Sequence record: JX128257
DNA from: Escherichia phage ECML-4
Direction: 5' to 3' (one strand)
DNA: 64,000 nt
Below are positions 19,221 to 28,099 of the stretch, in pieces. The notes beneath the pieces were generated by a model. It was not told where the DNA came from. It saw only the letters and a program-made list of their open reading frames with translations, and did not search any database. How positions within the stretch are numbered: the stretch's first letter is position 1; every line of letters begins with the position of its first letter. The position numbers were made by a program, and so were the translations under genes.

Positions 19221-19227
19221 CTAAATA
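19221..19227 (+). promoter_or_regulatory. Putative late promoter element CTAAATA
   Basis: cactAAATACTG, 29 nt before the scaffold ATG. Confidence 0.4.
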
Positions 19228-19255
19228 CTGAAAAATCGTTCAGAAGGAAACTATC

Positions 19256-20095
19256 ATGAAACCTGAATTGCAAAATCTGTTTGAAGGCGTTAACGGCATC
19301 AGCCCAGATTTCCTGGATAAAGTATCCAATTTGCTGGAATCGAAAGTTGAAGCGGCTCGTCTGAAAGCTATCCAAGAAACCGAAGCAGCTGGCAACGTCG
19401 AGCGCCTGAATCTGGTAGAATCTCACCAGAAAGAAATCGCCGACCTGAAAGAAAATTTCATTCTGCAATTGGCTGGGAAAGTTGACTCATTCCTCAACGC
19501 GGTGGTTGAAGAATGGGCTAACAAAAATGCCCCAGCTATTGACGCTCAGATCAAAACTGAAGCTGCTGAACGCTTCCTCACTGGTTTCTCCAACGTGCTG
19601 AAAGAAGCAGGTGTGAGTTTCGCTACTGACCCAGATGGTCATATTGCCGCCCTCACCAGTCGCCTTGCTGAAGCAGAACAACGCGCCAACATGGCTAATA
19701 CAGAGTTGAGCCAACTCAAAGAAAGCGAGTCTAAACGCCAACGCACCGACGTAATTGATCGCATTTGTGAAGGCATGGTTGACACCAAGAAAGACACTGT
19801 TGTCAACCTGCTGGAAGGTATTGAATTCCAGACCGAGTCTGAATTCGAATCGCGTGTTCGCACCTTCCGTAATCTGGTAGAAGGTAAAGATGACTTCTCT
19901 GACAAAGTCGGTAAAGACAATGAAAAGGGTAAGCCGGATGGCGACAAGGCTGAAAAAGACATCAAAGAAGGTAAGAAACAGAAAAAAGAAGGTGATGATG
20001 TTGACGACGACAAAGACGACGACGACAAAGACGAAGTTGGCAAAGAAGTCAACGAAGCCGTCCGTCGCCAGATCAGCGCCATTCTGAACGGCTAA
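19256..20095 (+). CDS. 22: Prohead scaffold protein gp22
   Basis: Coiled-coil-rich with a very acidic Lys/Asp/Glu C-terminal tail; position between protease and capsid genes. Confidence 0.75.
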   Translation: MKPELQNLFEGVNGISPDFLDKVSNLLESKVEAARLKAIQETEAAGNVERLNLVESHQKEIADLKENFILQLAGKVDSFLNAVVEEWANKNAPAIDAQIKTEAAERFLTGFSNVLKEAGVSFATDPDGHIAALTSRLAEAEQRANMANTELSQLKESESKRQRTDVIDRICEGMVDTKKDTVVNLLEGIEFQTESEFESRVRTFRNLVEGKDDFSDKVGKDNEKGKPDGDKAEKDIKEGKKQKKEGDDVDDDKDDDDKDEVGKEVNEAVRRQISAILNG

Positions 20096-20108
20096 TTTTA
20101 GCAGCCAC

Positions 20109-20134
20109 AGCCCTCGAAAGGGGGCTTGATTTTG
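20109..20134 (+). terminator. Terminator-like hairpin after gp22
   Basis: AGCCCTC-gaaa-GGGGGCT followed by TGATTTTG. Confidence 0.45.
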
Positions 20135-20186
20135 AACTACTAAGTAATTTCAACTTAACTGAATATCAATGTAAGGAACGAGCATC

Positions 20187-21509
20187 ATGACTAAGAAACT
20201 TGTAACCGAAGAAATGCGCAAACAGTGGCTGCCAGTTCTCCAAAAAGAATCTGAAGCCATCCAACCTCTGTCTGCCGAAAACGTAACCATCCGTCTGATG
20301 CAAAACCAGGCCGAGTGGAACGCTAAAAACCTGGGCGAATCCGACGCTCCTGGTTCTGTAAACAGCACTGTCGGTAAATGGCAGCCAGTCCTGATCGACA
20401 TGGCAAAACGTCTGGCGCCGATCAACATCGCAATGGACTTCTTCGGCGTTCAGCCGCTGTCTGGTCCTGATGGTCAGATCTTCGCACTGCGTGCTCGCCA
20501 AGGCGTTGGTGACGGTTCTACTACCGCTCAGGCGCGTAAAGAACTGTTCATGAACGAAGCCGATTCTGGCTACTCTGGTGATGGCACTGTACAGGCTGGC
20601 GACCCGTCAGGCTTCAGTCAGGCTGAGATCGAAGGTTCCGGCTCTGTCGTGACCACTATCGGTAAAGGTATGCCGTCAACCGACGCGGAACTGCTGGGTA
20701 CTACCACCAATCCGTGGGCGCGTGTTGGTATCACCGTTCAGAAAGCGACCGTTACTGCCAAGTCTCGCGGCCTGTATGCTGATTACAGCCATGAACTGCG
20801 TCAGGATATGATGGCAATTCACGGCGAAGACGTGGACAATATCCTGTCTGACGTGATGGTAACTGAAATTCAGGCGGAAATGAACCGTGAATTCATCCGC
20901 ACCATGAACTTCAGTGCTGTTCGTTTCAAAAAATTCGGCACCAACGGTGTTGTTGATATCGCGCAGGACATCTCCGGTCGTTGGGCGCTGGAAAAATGGA
21001 AATTCCTGACTTTCATGCTGGAAGTCGAAGCGAATGGTATCGGCGTTGACACCCGTCGTGGTAAAGGCAACCGTGTTCTGTGTTCTCCGAACGTGGCGTC
21101 TGCTCTGGCGATGTCCGGCATGCTGGACTATGCTCCGGTTCTGCAGGAAAACACCAAACTGGCTGTTGACCCGACTGGTCAGACCTTCGCGGGTGTTCTG
21201 TCCAACGGTATGCGCGTCTATGTTGACCCGTATGCTGTAGCAGAATATATCACCCTGGCGTACAAAGGCGCGACTGCGCTGGATGCTGGTATCTTCTTCG
21301 CACCGTATGTGCCGCTGGAAATGTACCGCACCCAGGGTGAAACCACCTTCGCTCCGCGTATGGCGTTCAAAACCCGTTACGGCATCTGTGCTAACCCGTT
21401 CGTTCAGATTCCGGCTAACCAAGACCCGCAGGTTTACGTGACTGCTGACGGTATTGCTCAAGACAGCAACCCATACTTCCGTAAAGGTCTCATCAAATCT
21501 CTGTTCTAA
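20187..21509 (+). CDS. 23: Major capsid protein gp23
   Basis: DMAKRLAPINIAMDFFGVQPLSGPDGQIFALRA aligns with T4 gp23 GMVRRAIPNLIAFDICGVQPMNSPTGQVFALRA; C-terminal FFAPYV...FKTRYGI...NPF also conserved. Confidence 0.9.
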   Translation: MTKKLVTEEMRKQWLPVLQKESEAIQPLSAENVTIRLMQNQAEWNAKNLGESDAPGSVNSTVGKWQPVLIDMAKRLAPINIAMDFFGVQPLSGPDGQIFALRARQGVGDGSTTAQARKELFMNEADSGYSGDGTVQAGDPSGFSQAEIEGSGSVVTTIGKGMPSTDAELLGTTTNPWARVGITVQKATVTAKSRGLYADYSHELRQDMMAIHGEDVDNILSDVMVTEIQAEMNREFIRTMNFSAVRFKKFGTNGVVDIAQDISGRWALEKWKFLTFMLEVEANGIGVDTRRGKGNRVLCSPNVASALAMSGMLDYAPVLQENTKLAVDPTGQTFAGVLSNGMRVYVDPYAVAEYITLAYKGATALDAGIFFAPYVPLEMYRTQGETTFAPRMAFKTRYGICANPFVQIPANQDPQVYVTADGIAQDSNPYFRKGLIKSLF

Positions 21510-21528
21510 TCAACAGATTTTGATAAAC

Positions 21529-21557
21529 AAACCCCGCCATGTGCGGGGTTTTTCTTT
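21529..21557 (+). terminator. Strong rho-independent terminator after the capsid gene (CCCCGC-catgt-GCGGGG then TTTTTCTTT)
   Basis: GC stem plus long T-run; a near-identical copy occurs at 37717-37746. Confidence 0.8.
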
Positions 21558-21603
21558 ATAGGGATTCACTATAAGACCGCTAATAGTTTTCAATAAGTGG
21601 GCA

Positions 21604-21840
21604 ATGAACGATCATTACCTAACTTTCACAACTGGAACGCTACTCATGGCTAAAGAAACTCTGACTAAAGAAAACTCTAACTTCGCAGAATGGCATGCAG
21701 AATTAGAGCGTGTCGCTCGTTCTCAACATGGCTCTGCCGCCGATGCTATGGCGTGGCATGAAGATTATGAGTCTGGCAAAACCCCGCGTCAGGCTTGGGA
21801 AGATGAATGGGGGTGGAATGATGCAGACTCTAATTCGTAA
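21604..21840 (+). CDS. Hypothetical small protein
   Basis: ORF after the capsid terminator; start uncertain (21604 or 21646). Confidence 0.3.
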   Translation: MNDHYLTFTTGTLLMAKETLTKENSNFAEWHAELERVARSQHGSAADAMAWHEDYESGKTPRQAWEDEWGWNDADSNS

Positions 21841-22051
21841 GATATATCTGGATAAGAACTATTTGGAATCCAAAATCGAAGTTTTCTCGGCTCAAAAAAT
21901 AATTGAAGACGGTGAAACGAGATATTATCTGAAACCTGACCTTTATCTTCCAGGAAGTAGTTTGAATCGCGATATAATTCAGTCGGACGGTATTACTGTT
22001 CGTTGGGAAATGGCGTCACAGGAAGACAACTGTCATAGCATAACACTTTGA
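21818..22051 (+). CDS. Hypothetical small protein
   Basis: ORF overlapping the end of the upstream ORF; start uncertain. Confidence 0.3.
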   Translation: MMQTLIRKIYLDKNYLESKIEVFSAQKIIEDGETRYYLKPDLYLPGSSLNRDIIQSDGITVRWEMASQEDNCHSITL

Positions 22052-22066
22052 AGAGAGATCTATATT

Positions 22067-22507
22067 ATGTCAAAAGAAAAATACATATTCATCAGCCCCG
22101 CTACGAAGGAGTTCTTCATCTCCGACGTGAAAGATCGTGTTGAGAAGTTCCGCTACATGCGCAGCTATGGTCTGGCATCCGGTGATATTGATTATCAGTC
22201 ACTGGACAATGATCGCCAAGATCTGATCGACGACGGTTGGCGTTTAGTTCCGTCCCCTCAGTACATTCATATCACGTTGTACTATATGAAGGACAGCGGG
22301 AAGTTCTATTCCGAAGGTGAACTCGTACTCAATCGAGGAGAAGCAGAAGCCGAACCTGCCAAAACCTGGATGTTGGCGATGGATCAGATCCGTGAATTGC
22401 TGGACTCCGGTAATCTGCCTGGCCTAATCAAGGGTTCAAAATTCGACGTGTTCGTTACTGGCCAGGGTCATCCTGGTGGATACCCACATCTGTTCCGTAT
22501 TAACTGA
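22067..22507 (+). CDS. Hypothetical protein (146 aa)
   Basis: Compact ORF with ATG; no recognised motif. Confidence 0.4.
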   Translation: MSKEKYIFISPATKEFFISDVKDRVEKFRYMRSYGLASGDIDYQSLDNDRQDLIDDGWRLVPSPQYIHITLYYMKDSGKFYSEGELVLNRGEAEAEPAKTWMLAMDQIRELLDSGNLPGLIKGSKFDVFVTGQGHPGGYPHLFRIN

Positions 22508-22515
22508 GGTCAATT

Positions 22516-22890
22516 ATGAGCAATTTACCACTGCTTCAAGTCGGTGACGTATTCATTCTCACGGCAGAAATGACCGTTGAAACTCAGGTGCCAAAGCATT
22601 TCTTGTATTCTAATTGCAAGGGTGATTGGCAAATGGACTCTGGTTATATCACCCCTGAGGGATTCTTCGGTTACATGCAAGGACATTACGTCGTTACCAA
22701 AACAGCCCTACAAGGCGGTAGCACTGGTCATGATCCATACCCTGACGGCCATCATGTTTGGGCGCAGCATACCGAAAATGAACGCATCAGAATCTGTTTC
22801 TATCAGACAGGTAGTTTCAGGAATATGCACCGGAATGTTCCAGTAGTCGGAAAGGCTAAGGCGCAAACATGGACTTGGGAGAAATTATGA
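22516..22890 (+). CDS. Hypothetical protein (124 aa)
   Basis: ORF 9 nt after the upstream stop; His/Gly-rich block GGSTGHDPYPDGHHVW of unknown meaning. Confidence 0.4.
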   Translation: MSNLPLLQVGDVFILTAEMTVETQVPKHFLYSNCKGDWQMDSGYITPEGFFGYMQGHYVVTKTALQGGSTGHDPYPDGHHVWAQHTENERIRICFYQTGSFRNMHRNVPVVGKAKAQTWTWEKL

Positions 22891-23123
22891 AAATCAAAAA
22901 GATAGGTGCAAGCCCATTGACGGGAACAATCTTCCAGGGCACTTTGAACACCAAGACCAGTATGTGGGTCGGTGAGAAGACTGATGTGACTAACGACTGT
23001 GTAGCGGCTACGGCTGAACACATGCGTCACATCAAGAAAGACTACTGCTTCCCTACTAAAGACGGCAAGTTCCTGGTGCTGAGCGCTGAGGTTCACGACA
23101 CCCTTCCTGATCGCTTCAAATAA
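22887..23123 (+). CDS. Hypothetical protein (78 aa)
   Basis: Start overlaps the upstream stop (ATGA). Confidence 0.35.
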   Translation: MKIKKIGASPLTGTIFQGTLNTKTSMWVGEKTDVTNDCVAATAEHMRHIKKDYCFPTKDGKFLVLSAEVHDTLPDRFK

Positions 23124-23148
23124 ATTTAAAATTTATTCAATAAACGGG

Positions 23149-23177
23149 GTTTACTTCTTCAATAAACCCCGTATACT
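23149..23177 (+). promoter_or_regulatory. Early promoter, sigma70-type (-35 GTTTAC, 17-bp spacer, -10 TATACT)
   Basis: GTTTAC at -35 is the T4 early-promoter hallmark; embedded in a 10-bp inverted repeat; the same module recurs at 58506 and 42352. Confidence 0.5.
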
Positions 23178-23226
23178 TCATTCCATAAGCAGCACAATAC
23201 TGACTCTGAAATGAAGGAAATATATC

Positions 23227-23493
23227 ATGGCACGTTCAATCCACGATTTTAAAGACTCCGATATCCTGGCTTTCATTATGGATGGTCGCATGGTAGTTGT
23301 AAATGACGGTAACGACCGCCACAACACTACTCTGGTGATGAACAACGAAGTTGTTTACAGCAACACCCGCGAAGGCATGATTAAGATGCTTCAGAATCCT
23401 CATCGCTTCGGCGACAAAATGCACAAAGATTACAAAAGCCGCTGCCCAATGCTGGCACAACGCCTGGCCTGGGCAATGCAAAACGCCGCCTGA
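23227..23493 (+). CDS. Hypothetical early protein (88 aa)
   Basis: Preceded by the early promoter and an AGGAAATATATCATG initiation context. Confidence 0.4.
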   Translation: MARSIHDFKDSDILAFIMDGRMVVVNDGNDRHNTTLVMNNEVVYSNTREGMIKMLQNPHRFGDKMHKDYKSRCPMLAQRLAWAMQNAA

Positions 23494-23540
23494 TCAACAA
23501 GCCCCTGCAGGGGCTTCCCCAAATTTGAAGGAACTATATC

Positions 23541-23870
23541 ATGACTTTTAAAGGCTTCGTGGCATTTGACGCCACCAAAACAAACGTACTCAGCAACCCA
23601 CAGCTGGAAACCATCACTGAAATGCGCCAGTGGGTGATGAAAATCACTGGCCACCAAACTCGCAAAGACCTGGAGGCCGAGTTCTATATCGAACCTGCCG
23701 AGGTTTACTTCAACCGTCCTGTTGACGAACCGTTCATTCGTCAAGATCTTGACGATAACGATATCACGCTGTCTGTGTTCTCTGAAGCCAAGGCTGATAT
23801 GATCGTAGACGGTCTGTGTGACGAGTCCTTCACATACGATGAATACTGTGATCAGTGCCAAGACCTGTGA
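23541..23870 (+). CDS. Hypothetical early protein (109 aa), acidic with a Cys-rich C-terminus
   Basis: AGGAACTATATCATG initiation context shared with several other early genes. Confidence 0.4.
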   Translation: MTFKGFVAFDATKTNVLSNPQLETITEMRQWVMKITGHQTRKDLEAEFYIEPAEVYFNRPVDEPFIRQDLDDNDITLSVFSEAKADMIVDGLCDESFTYDEYCDQCQDL

Positions 23871-23939
23871 TTTGTTCTAAACCTTTGAACGAGGTATGTT
23901 AAGCGCATACCCTATCCCTTACAAATAGAGGACTTTATC

Positions 23940-24260
23940 ATGGCAGTAAGATCGGTTGAAATCTCGAAGATGGTGCGTCGCGGAACCCGTAAACCCCGCG
24001 CGGGGCGTCATCTGAACACCAAACTGGATCTTCTGAAACAGAAGTTCGGCGGCCACAGTGTGTTTACCCGTATCCGCAACGCATTAAAGGAAGGGCGAAC
24101 CGAGTTGGAGCTATATCGTCCGAACGGTTCGACTCGAGCGTATCAGACCACCGACGGTTTGCTGGAACTGATCCGCCTATCAGGGATGAACATAGAACCC
24201 CGTTCATCAGGAACCCCGCTATGCAGCCTGTACGTCATCAGCAATCTTGGGGCGCTGTGA
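23940..24260 (+). CDS. Hypothetical basic protein (106 aa)
   Basis: ORF with AGAGGA site upstream. Confidence 0.35.
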   Translation: MAVRSVEISKMVRRGTRKPRAGRHLNTKLDLLKQKFGGHSVFTRIRNALKEGRTELELYRPNGSTRAYQTTDGLLELIRLSGMNIEPRSSGTPLCSLYVISNLGAL

Positions 24261-24265
24261 GTTCT

Positions 24266-24688
24266 ATGAAGAAGTATATCGTTCTTATAACGGGTTCCCG
24301 TTCTATAACTGAGCGGGACAAAATATTTGCCAAATTAGATGAACTCTTAATCCCTCACGAGATAGAGACGTTTATTGAAGGTGAAGCAGTGGGTGTGGAT
24401 CTGATATCCCGTGATTGGTGTGAAATCAATTATGTGCATATCACACCAATGCCGATTCCTCAAAATTACCATACGTTATATGGGAAAGGTGCGGGCAATC
24501 AACGTAACAAAGATATGCTGGACAAGGCTCTAACATTGGCGAAGCAAAAAGATCTTGAGGTCTTTGGAATTGCATTATGGGATGGTTCGTCTACTGGGAC
24601 GCAAGACATGATCAAGCGCATGAAGAAAGCGGGAATAAATGTCAATATCACTCTCATGGGCAAACCCAAAACCAAACGATTGTTATAA
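24266..24688 (+). CDS. SLOG/DUF2493-like Rossmann-fold protein
   Basis: IVLITGSR...EGEAVGVDLISRDWC...GIALWDGSSTGTQDMI resembles the DUF2493/LOG/DprA-like pattern (GxR, GxD, W, GS-GT). Confidence 0.45.
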   Translation: MKKYIVLITGSRSITERDKIFAKLDELLIPHEIETFIEGEAVGVDLISRDWCEINYVHITPMPIPQNYHTLYGKGAGNQRNKDMLDKALTLAKQKDLEVFGIALWDGSSTGTQDMIKRMKKAGINVNITLMGKPKTKRLL

Positions 24689-24718
24689 ATAAATTTGCCA
24701 CCCATGAGGAGTTATACC

Positions 24719-24889
24719 ATGTTACAAATACTGTTGGTGCTTTGTGTCGCATTTACCATGTACTTCATGGCACGCATCGGTTTTATTACTTTAGATGACA
24801 TGAAGGGTATCCCACGTGAACCCAAATTCATCTTTCTGAAGAAGTTTGCCAAAAAGTTCTCAGAAAACTTTATTTATCATCTACCATGA
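24719..24889 (+). CDS. Small membrane protein (one TM helix)
   Basis: GAGGA site 8 nt upstream; hydrophobic segment LQILLVLCVAFTMYFM. Confidence 0.35.
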   Translation: MLQILLVLCVAFTMYFMARIGFITLDDMKGIPREPKFIFLKKFAKKFSENFIYHLP

Positions 24890-24919
24890 TTAAATACCCC
24901 CAAAATTGGGGGTATTTTT

Positions 24920-25648
24920 ATGAACGCACAAATCTATGATGTCCTTTCCTCTGGCAATGCATTTAGCAATCCGCTTCCATCCCTCTCCGGTCCTTCTCAG
25001 GATTTAATAACCAGTGGCATCACCAATATACCATTGATAACTGCCAACGCTACTCCGGAGATGCAGGCGGCTATGGCAGCTGGTGGACTAACACCAGAAA
25101 AACTCACAGCAGCCAGCACCATGTATAGCACCGCCAACACAGGGATAACAACTCTGAACACATATGGCGACCAAAGTATCAATGACGCGTATTCTCGCAT
25201 CGGTACTTCCGTGTCATACAAATCAGGTCTGAAGGGTATATCACGAGAGCCAAACAATTGTGATTTGATCAACAAGGCTTTTGGTGTTGTTCAGGATTTA
25301 GGACGCCAATGGCTGAATGCTATGGAAGGCGCTCTACAGACCGTAACAAACAAGATATCGGAATTGTATGAGATGATCATGGAAGGTGCCTCAGAAGGAA
25401 TGGCAAAGCTGCAGGAATTGGCTGCAGAAGTAACGGGACACATCAATACTGCGATAACCGCAGTCAACGGGGTTATAAGTGATATTACAGATGGTATAGC
25501 CGCAGAACTTGCTCACATTGAAAGTATGATCAAAGAGTGCTTGAATTTCTCTTTTGCTAACGTGCTCGGGGAATGGGCTAAAGATCTGTGCGCCGGAGGT
25601 GTTATTGACAAAATAGGGACTCCAGCATTAAAAGAATCCCTGAAATAA
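24920..25648 (+). CDS. Hypothetical protein (242 aa), Ala/Thr/Gly-rich
   Basis: ORF follows a hairpin; no clear ribosome-binding site. Confidence 0.35.
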   Translation: MNAQIYDVLSSGNAFSNPLPSLSGPSQDLITSGITNIPLITANATPEMQAAMAAGGLTPEKLTAASTMYSTANTGITTLNTYGDQSINDAYSRIGTSVSYKSGLKGISREPNNCDLINKAFGVVQDLGRQWLNAMEGALQTVTNKISELYEMIMEGASEGMAKLQELAAEVTGHINTAITAVNGVISDITDGIAAELAHIESMIKECLNFSFANVLGEWAKDLCAGGVIDKIGTPALKESLK

Positions 25649-25649
25649 A

Positions 25650-26348
25650 TCAATGACGAGCAGGGAGGACTCCCACTGGTTCGATGCCTTCGATCATCAG
25701 GGAGTCCACTCCAACATCGCTCAGGCGAATCCAAACCTTACCCCCTGGCCTTATCTCATAGATGTTCATCTCGTTTCCAACAGCAGACCCATTCACAAAA
25801 ACGCCTTGAGTAGCAATCCGAATAGGCGTTTTGGTGTTGTTGATTATCTGAAAAGATATCGTGATATCCCTTGTCAATTCCACATTTCTTGCTTTTGTAT
25901 ATCTCCTCAATTTTTCAAAGAAAGATGGATTGAATGTGGCTATGATGCTGTTGTTTTGTGAGTAGTAAATACTGGCAGACAGATAAGGGATTTTTCCCTC
26001 ATCACCTTTCCTCAATAGAGGGATCGTGGTTTTCCAGTACGGTCTCAACGCCTGGTTGTTATCATCAAAACAACCGACGGCTTGTATGGTTTGGAAATTC
26101 TGGAAGTCTGCCACAACTTGATCCAGTAACTTTTTATTACATTTGTCGACATCAGCAGAAATATTGACTGGTATAGTTCTGATTTCAGGATCCCAAAGAT
26201 CGGTGACAGAAATCACGGACGTGACAAAGATACGGCAGCTTGTAAGTACAAGCACCATTATCATCGTCATGATCCATTTTCTGAATCCGCGTATCAGGAA
26301 CACTAAAAAATTCTCCACAGCAAAGGTGCTAACATGACAGGTGTACAA
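25650..26348 (-). CDS. Putative lipoprotein / membrane-anchored protein on the minus strand
   Basis: One 232-aa ORF fills the gap exactly, whereas the + strand has only three short fragments; N-terminal hydrophobic stretch ending in a lipobox-like LTSC. Confidence 0.45.
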   Translation of the reverse strand: MYTCHVSTFAVENFLVFLIRGFRKWIMTMIMVLVLTSCRIFVTSVISVTDLWDPEIRTIPVNISADVDKCNKKLLDQVVADFQNFQTIQAVGCFDDNNQALRPYWKTTIPLLRKGDEGKIPYLSASIYYSQNNSIIATFNPSFFEKLRRYTKARNVELTRDITISFQIINNTKTPIRIATQGVFVNGSAVGNEMNIYEIRPGGKVWIRLSDVGVDSLMIEGIEPVGVLPARH

Positions 26349-26831
26349 TTCAAAAACGAAAATCCTAATTTCGCGGCTTCCGATAAATGGCGCTTAACCA
26401 TCGGAGACCTGGTGCTGCTAACCCGTTCGATACACGACTTCAGTATCCCTGGCGTGTATTCCGAAGGTATCGAAGGCCCATCCCCTGGCGATGTCCTAAA
26501 CTCTATACCTTCAGAACGTCTCACGTATGACCCCATCGTATTTACGTTCGTTATCGATGAGAGTTGGTACAACTGGGAACAGATTTACAATTGGATCGCT
26601 TCGAACGCGGGTTCAGATTTAGCCGTCAGTAGAGATATTACGATTGAACTTTTAGACAACATGAACCGTCCTGTTGGGCTTCAGTTGCTTCTAGAAGAAG
26701 GGCGACCAACAGCGCTAGACAACGTGTTGGTTGACGTGGATGCATCGGTTCCTCAGTTGGTCACAACGGTGACATTCAAATATCTGAAACTGACTCCGAC
26801 CCGCGTAACCCGCGAAATTGATAAACAATAA
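26334..26831 (+). CDS. Hypothetical protein (165 aa)
   Basis: ORF with ATG; no recognised motif. Confidence 0.4.
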   Translation: MTGVQFKNENPNFAASDKWRLTIGDLVLLTRSIHDFSIPGVYSEGIEGPSPGDVLNSIPSERLTYDPIVFTFVIDESWYNWEQIYNWIASNAGSDLAVSRDITIELLDNMNRPVGLQLLLEEGRPTALDNVLVDVDASVPQLVTTVTFKYLKLTPTRVTREIDKQ

Positions 26832-26869
26832 GTTATAATACAGAGAGTTGAAACAGCAGGAAATAAATC

Positions 26870-27325
26870 ATGAGTGAAACAAAATTTGAAACAATGAAGA
26901 CCGAAGATATAATCGCGGAATTAGATCCTCTTATTTCGGTGAATCCTGAAGACATGAATTTAGACCAAATATCATTGAAAATTGGTCGTTCATGGATGGC
27001 TGTCCAGCGCCATTACATTCGTGAAGGGCGTTATCTAGAATTTTTGACAGGAAAATTCCGTCAAATCGATCTTTATTTACGTCGGTATTATGCAGGGGAA
27101 TTACCACCCAATATTTATGTCGAACGTCCCCTGAAAGTTCGCCCCCTGAAATCTGATATAGACGTTTGGGTAAAGGCTGATGACGATTACATTGAGTTAT
27201 CGAGCATGTTGCAAGAACAAAAAGCCAAAGTAAAATTAATCGAAAGTAGTTTAGAACGTTTGAATAAACTCGGCTATGAAGTGAAAAATGCGATTGATTG
27301 GCGAAAATACTTGGACGGCATGTGA
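26870..27325 (+). CDS. uvsY: UvsY-like recombination mediator
   Basis: RRYYAGE and the C-terminal block (WVKADDDYIELSSMLQEQKAKVKLIESSLERLNKLGYEVKNAIDWR) resemble T4 UvsY (RLDYYSG, KVDTSLQYWGILLDFCSGALDAIKSRGFAIKHIQDMR); next to uvsW as in T4. Confidence 0.5.
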   Translation: MSETKFETMKTEDIIAELDPLISVNPEDMNLDQISLKIGRSWMAVQRHYIREGRYLEFLTGKFRQIDLYLRRYYAGELPPNIYVERPLKVRPLKSDIDVWVKADDDYIELSSMLQEQKAKVKLIESSLERLNKLGYEVKNAIDWRKYLDGM

Positions 27326-28071
27326 TGGTTTCCCTGCAGGCTTTGCGTAAACTCAATGATTTTGAGAACCGCCATTACACATTTCAGCAGTATGCCTTGC
27401 CCTTTAAGGAACTGACTTGTGTAACAACGGAAAACGGACGCCATTATGTGTCTCCAACAGGCGTCAAACTCACATCTGTAACAACGATGTTGGGGCGTAC
27501 CGGAGATCATACATGGTTAGAAGCCTGGCGGGACAAGTTAGGACACGAAGCCGCCGATATCGAAACAGAGCGTTGCGCAGACCGTGGGGAAAAACTTCAT
27601 TTGGCCTGTGAATTATATCTCAAAAACAGGCCGATGAAGGAAGTGTTAGAAGCCGCAGGGGAATACGTGTTTATGTTTAAACAGGTCTTCCCCTACCTGA
27701 ACAAAATGAGCAAGATATACGCGCAGGAGATTCCGTTATATAGCGAAGTCCTTGGTCTTGCTGGTCGTGTTGATCTCATCGGCGTTTACGAGGGAATCCC
27801 TAGCATTATCGATTTCAAAACATCCAACACCCTGAAAACTCGGAGCATGATAGAAGATTACAGCATTCAACTATGCCTGTACTCAGTCATGTTTCAACAG
27901 ATGTTTAATGTTAAGATCGAACGTTTGGTCAATATTATATCTAACGAAAATTCTCTTGTCCCGACTATAATCGAATTTAATCGAAAAGACGTTATTTCTA
28001 AAATGTTTGATCGTGTTCGCCTGTATCATAAAATGGATAAAGAACAGAACGGGATCTGGGCGGATCGCTAA
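27325..28071 (+). CDS. PD-(D/E)xK nuclease of the RecB/Cas4-like family
   Basis: Motif II GRVDLIG, motif III IIDFKTS and a C-terminal QxxxY (QLCLY). Confidence 0.55.
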   Translation: MVSLQALRKLNDFENRHYTFQQYALPFKELTCVTTENGRHYVSPTGVKLTSVTTMLGRTGDHTWLEAWRDKLGHEAADIETERCADRGEKLHLACELYLKNRPMKEVLEAAGEYVFMFKQVFPYLNKMSKIYAQEIPLYSEVLGLAGRVDLIGVYEGIPSIIDFKTSNTLKTRSMIEDYSIQLCLYSVMFQQMFNVKIERLVNIISNENSLVPTIIEFNRKDVISKMFDRVRLYHKMDKEQNGIWADR

Positions 28072-28074
28072 ATA
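28068..28074 (+). promoter_or_regulatory. Putative late promoter element CTAAATA
   Basis: gCTAAATACTCC, 26 nt before the uvsW ATG; T4 uvsW is itself a late gene. Confidence 0.4.
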
Positions 28075-28099
28075 CTCCATAATATTGGGGGAATTAGTG

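Noticed and set aside
20676-21461. 261-aa minus-strand ORF inside the major capsid gene
   Set aside because: Antisense to the gp23 homologue, which has strong similarity; shadow ORF in a GC-biased, highly expressed gene.
25653-26337. Three short + strand ORFs (25653-25961, 25958-26167, 26143-26337)
   Set aside because: They tile the same interval as one continuous 232-aa minus-strand ORF with a membrane/lipoprotein signal; the single long ORF is the more parsimonious gene.
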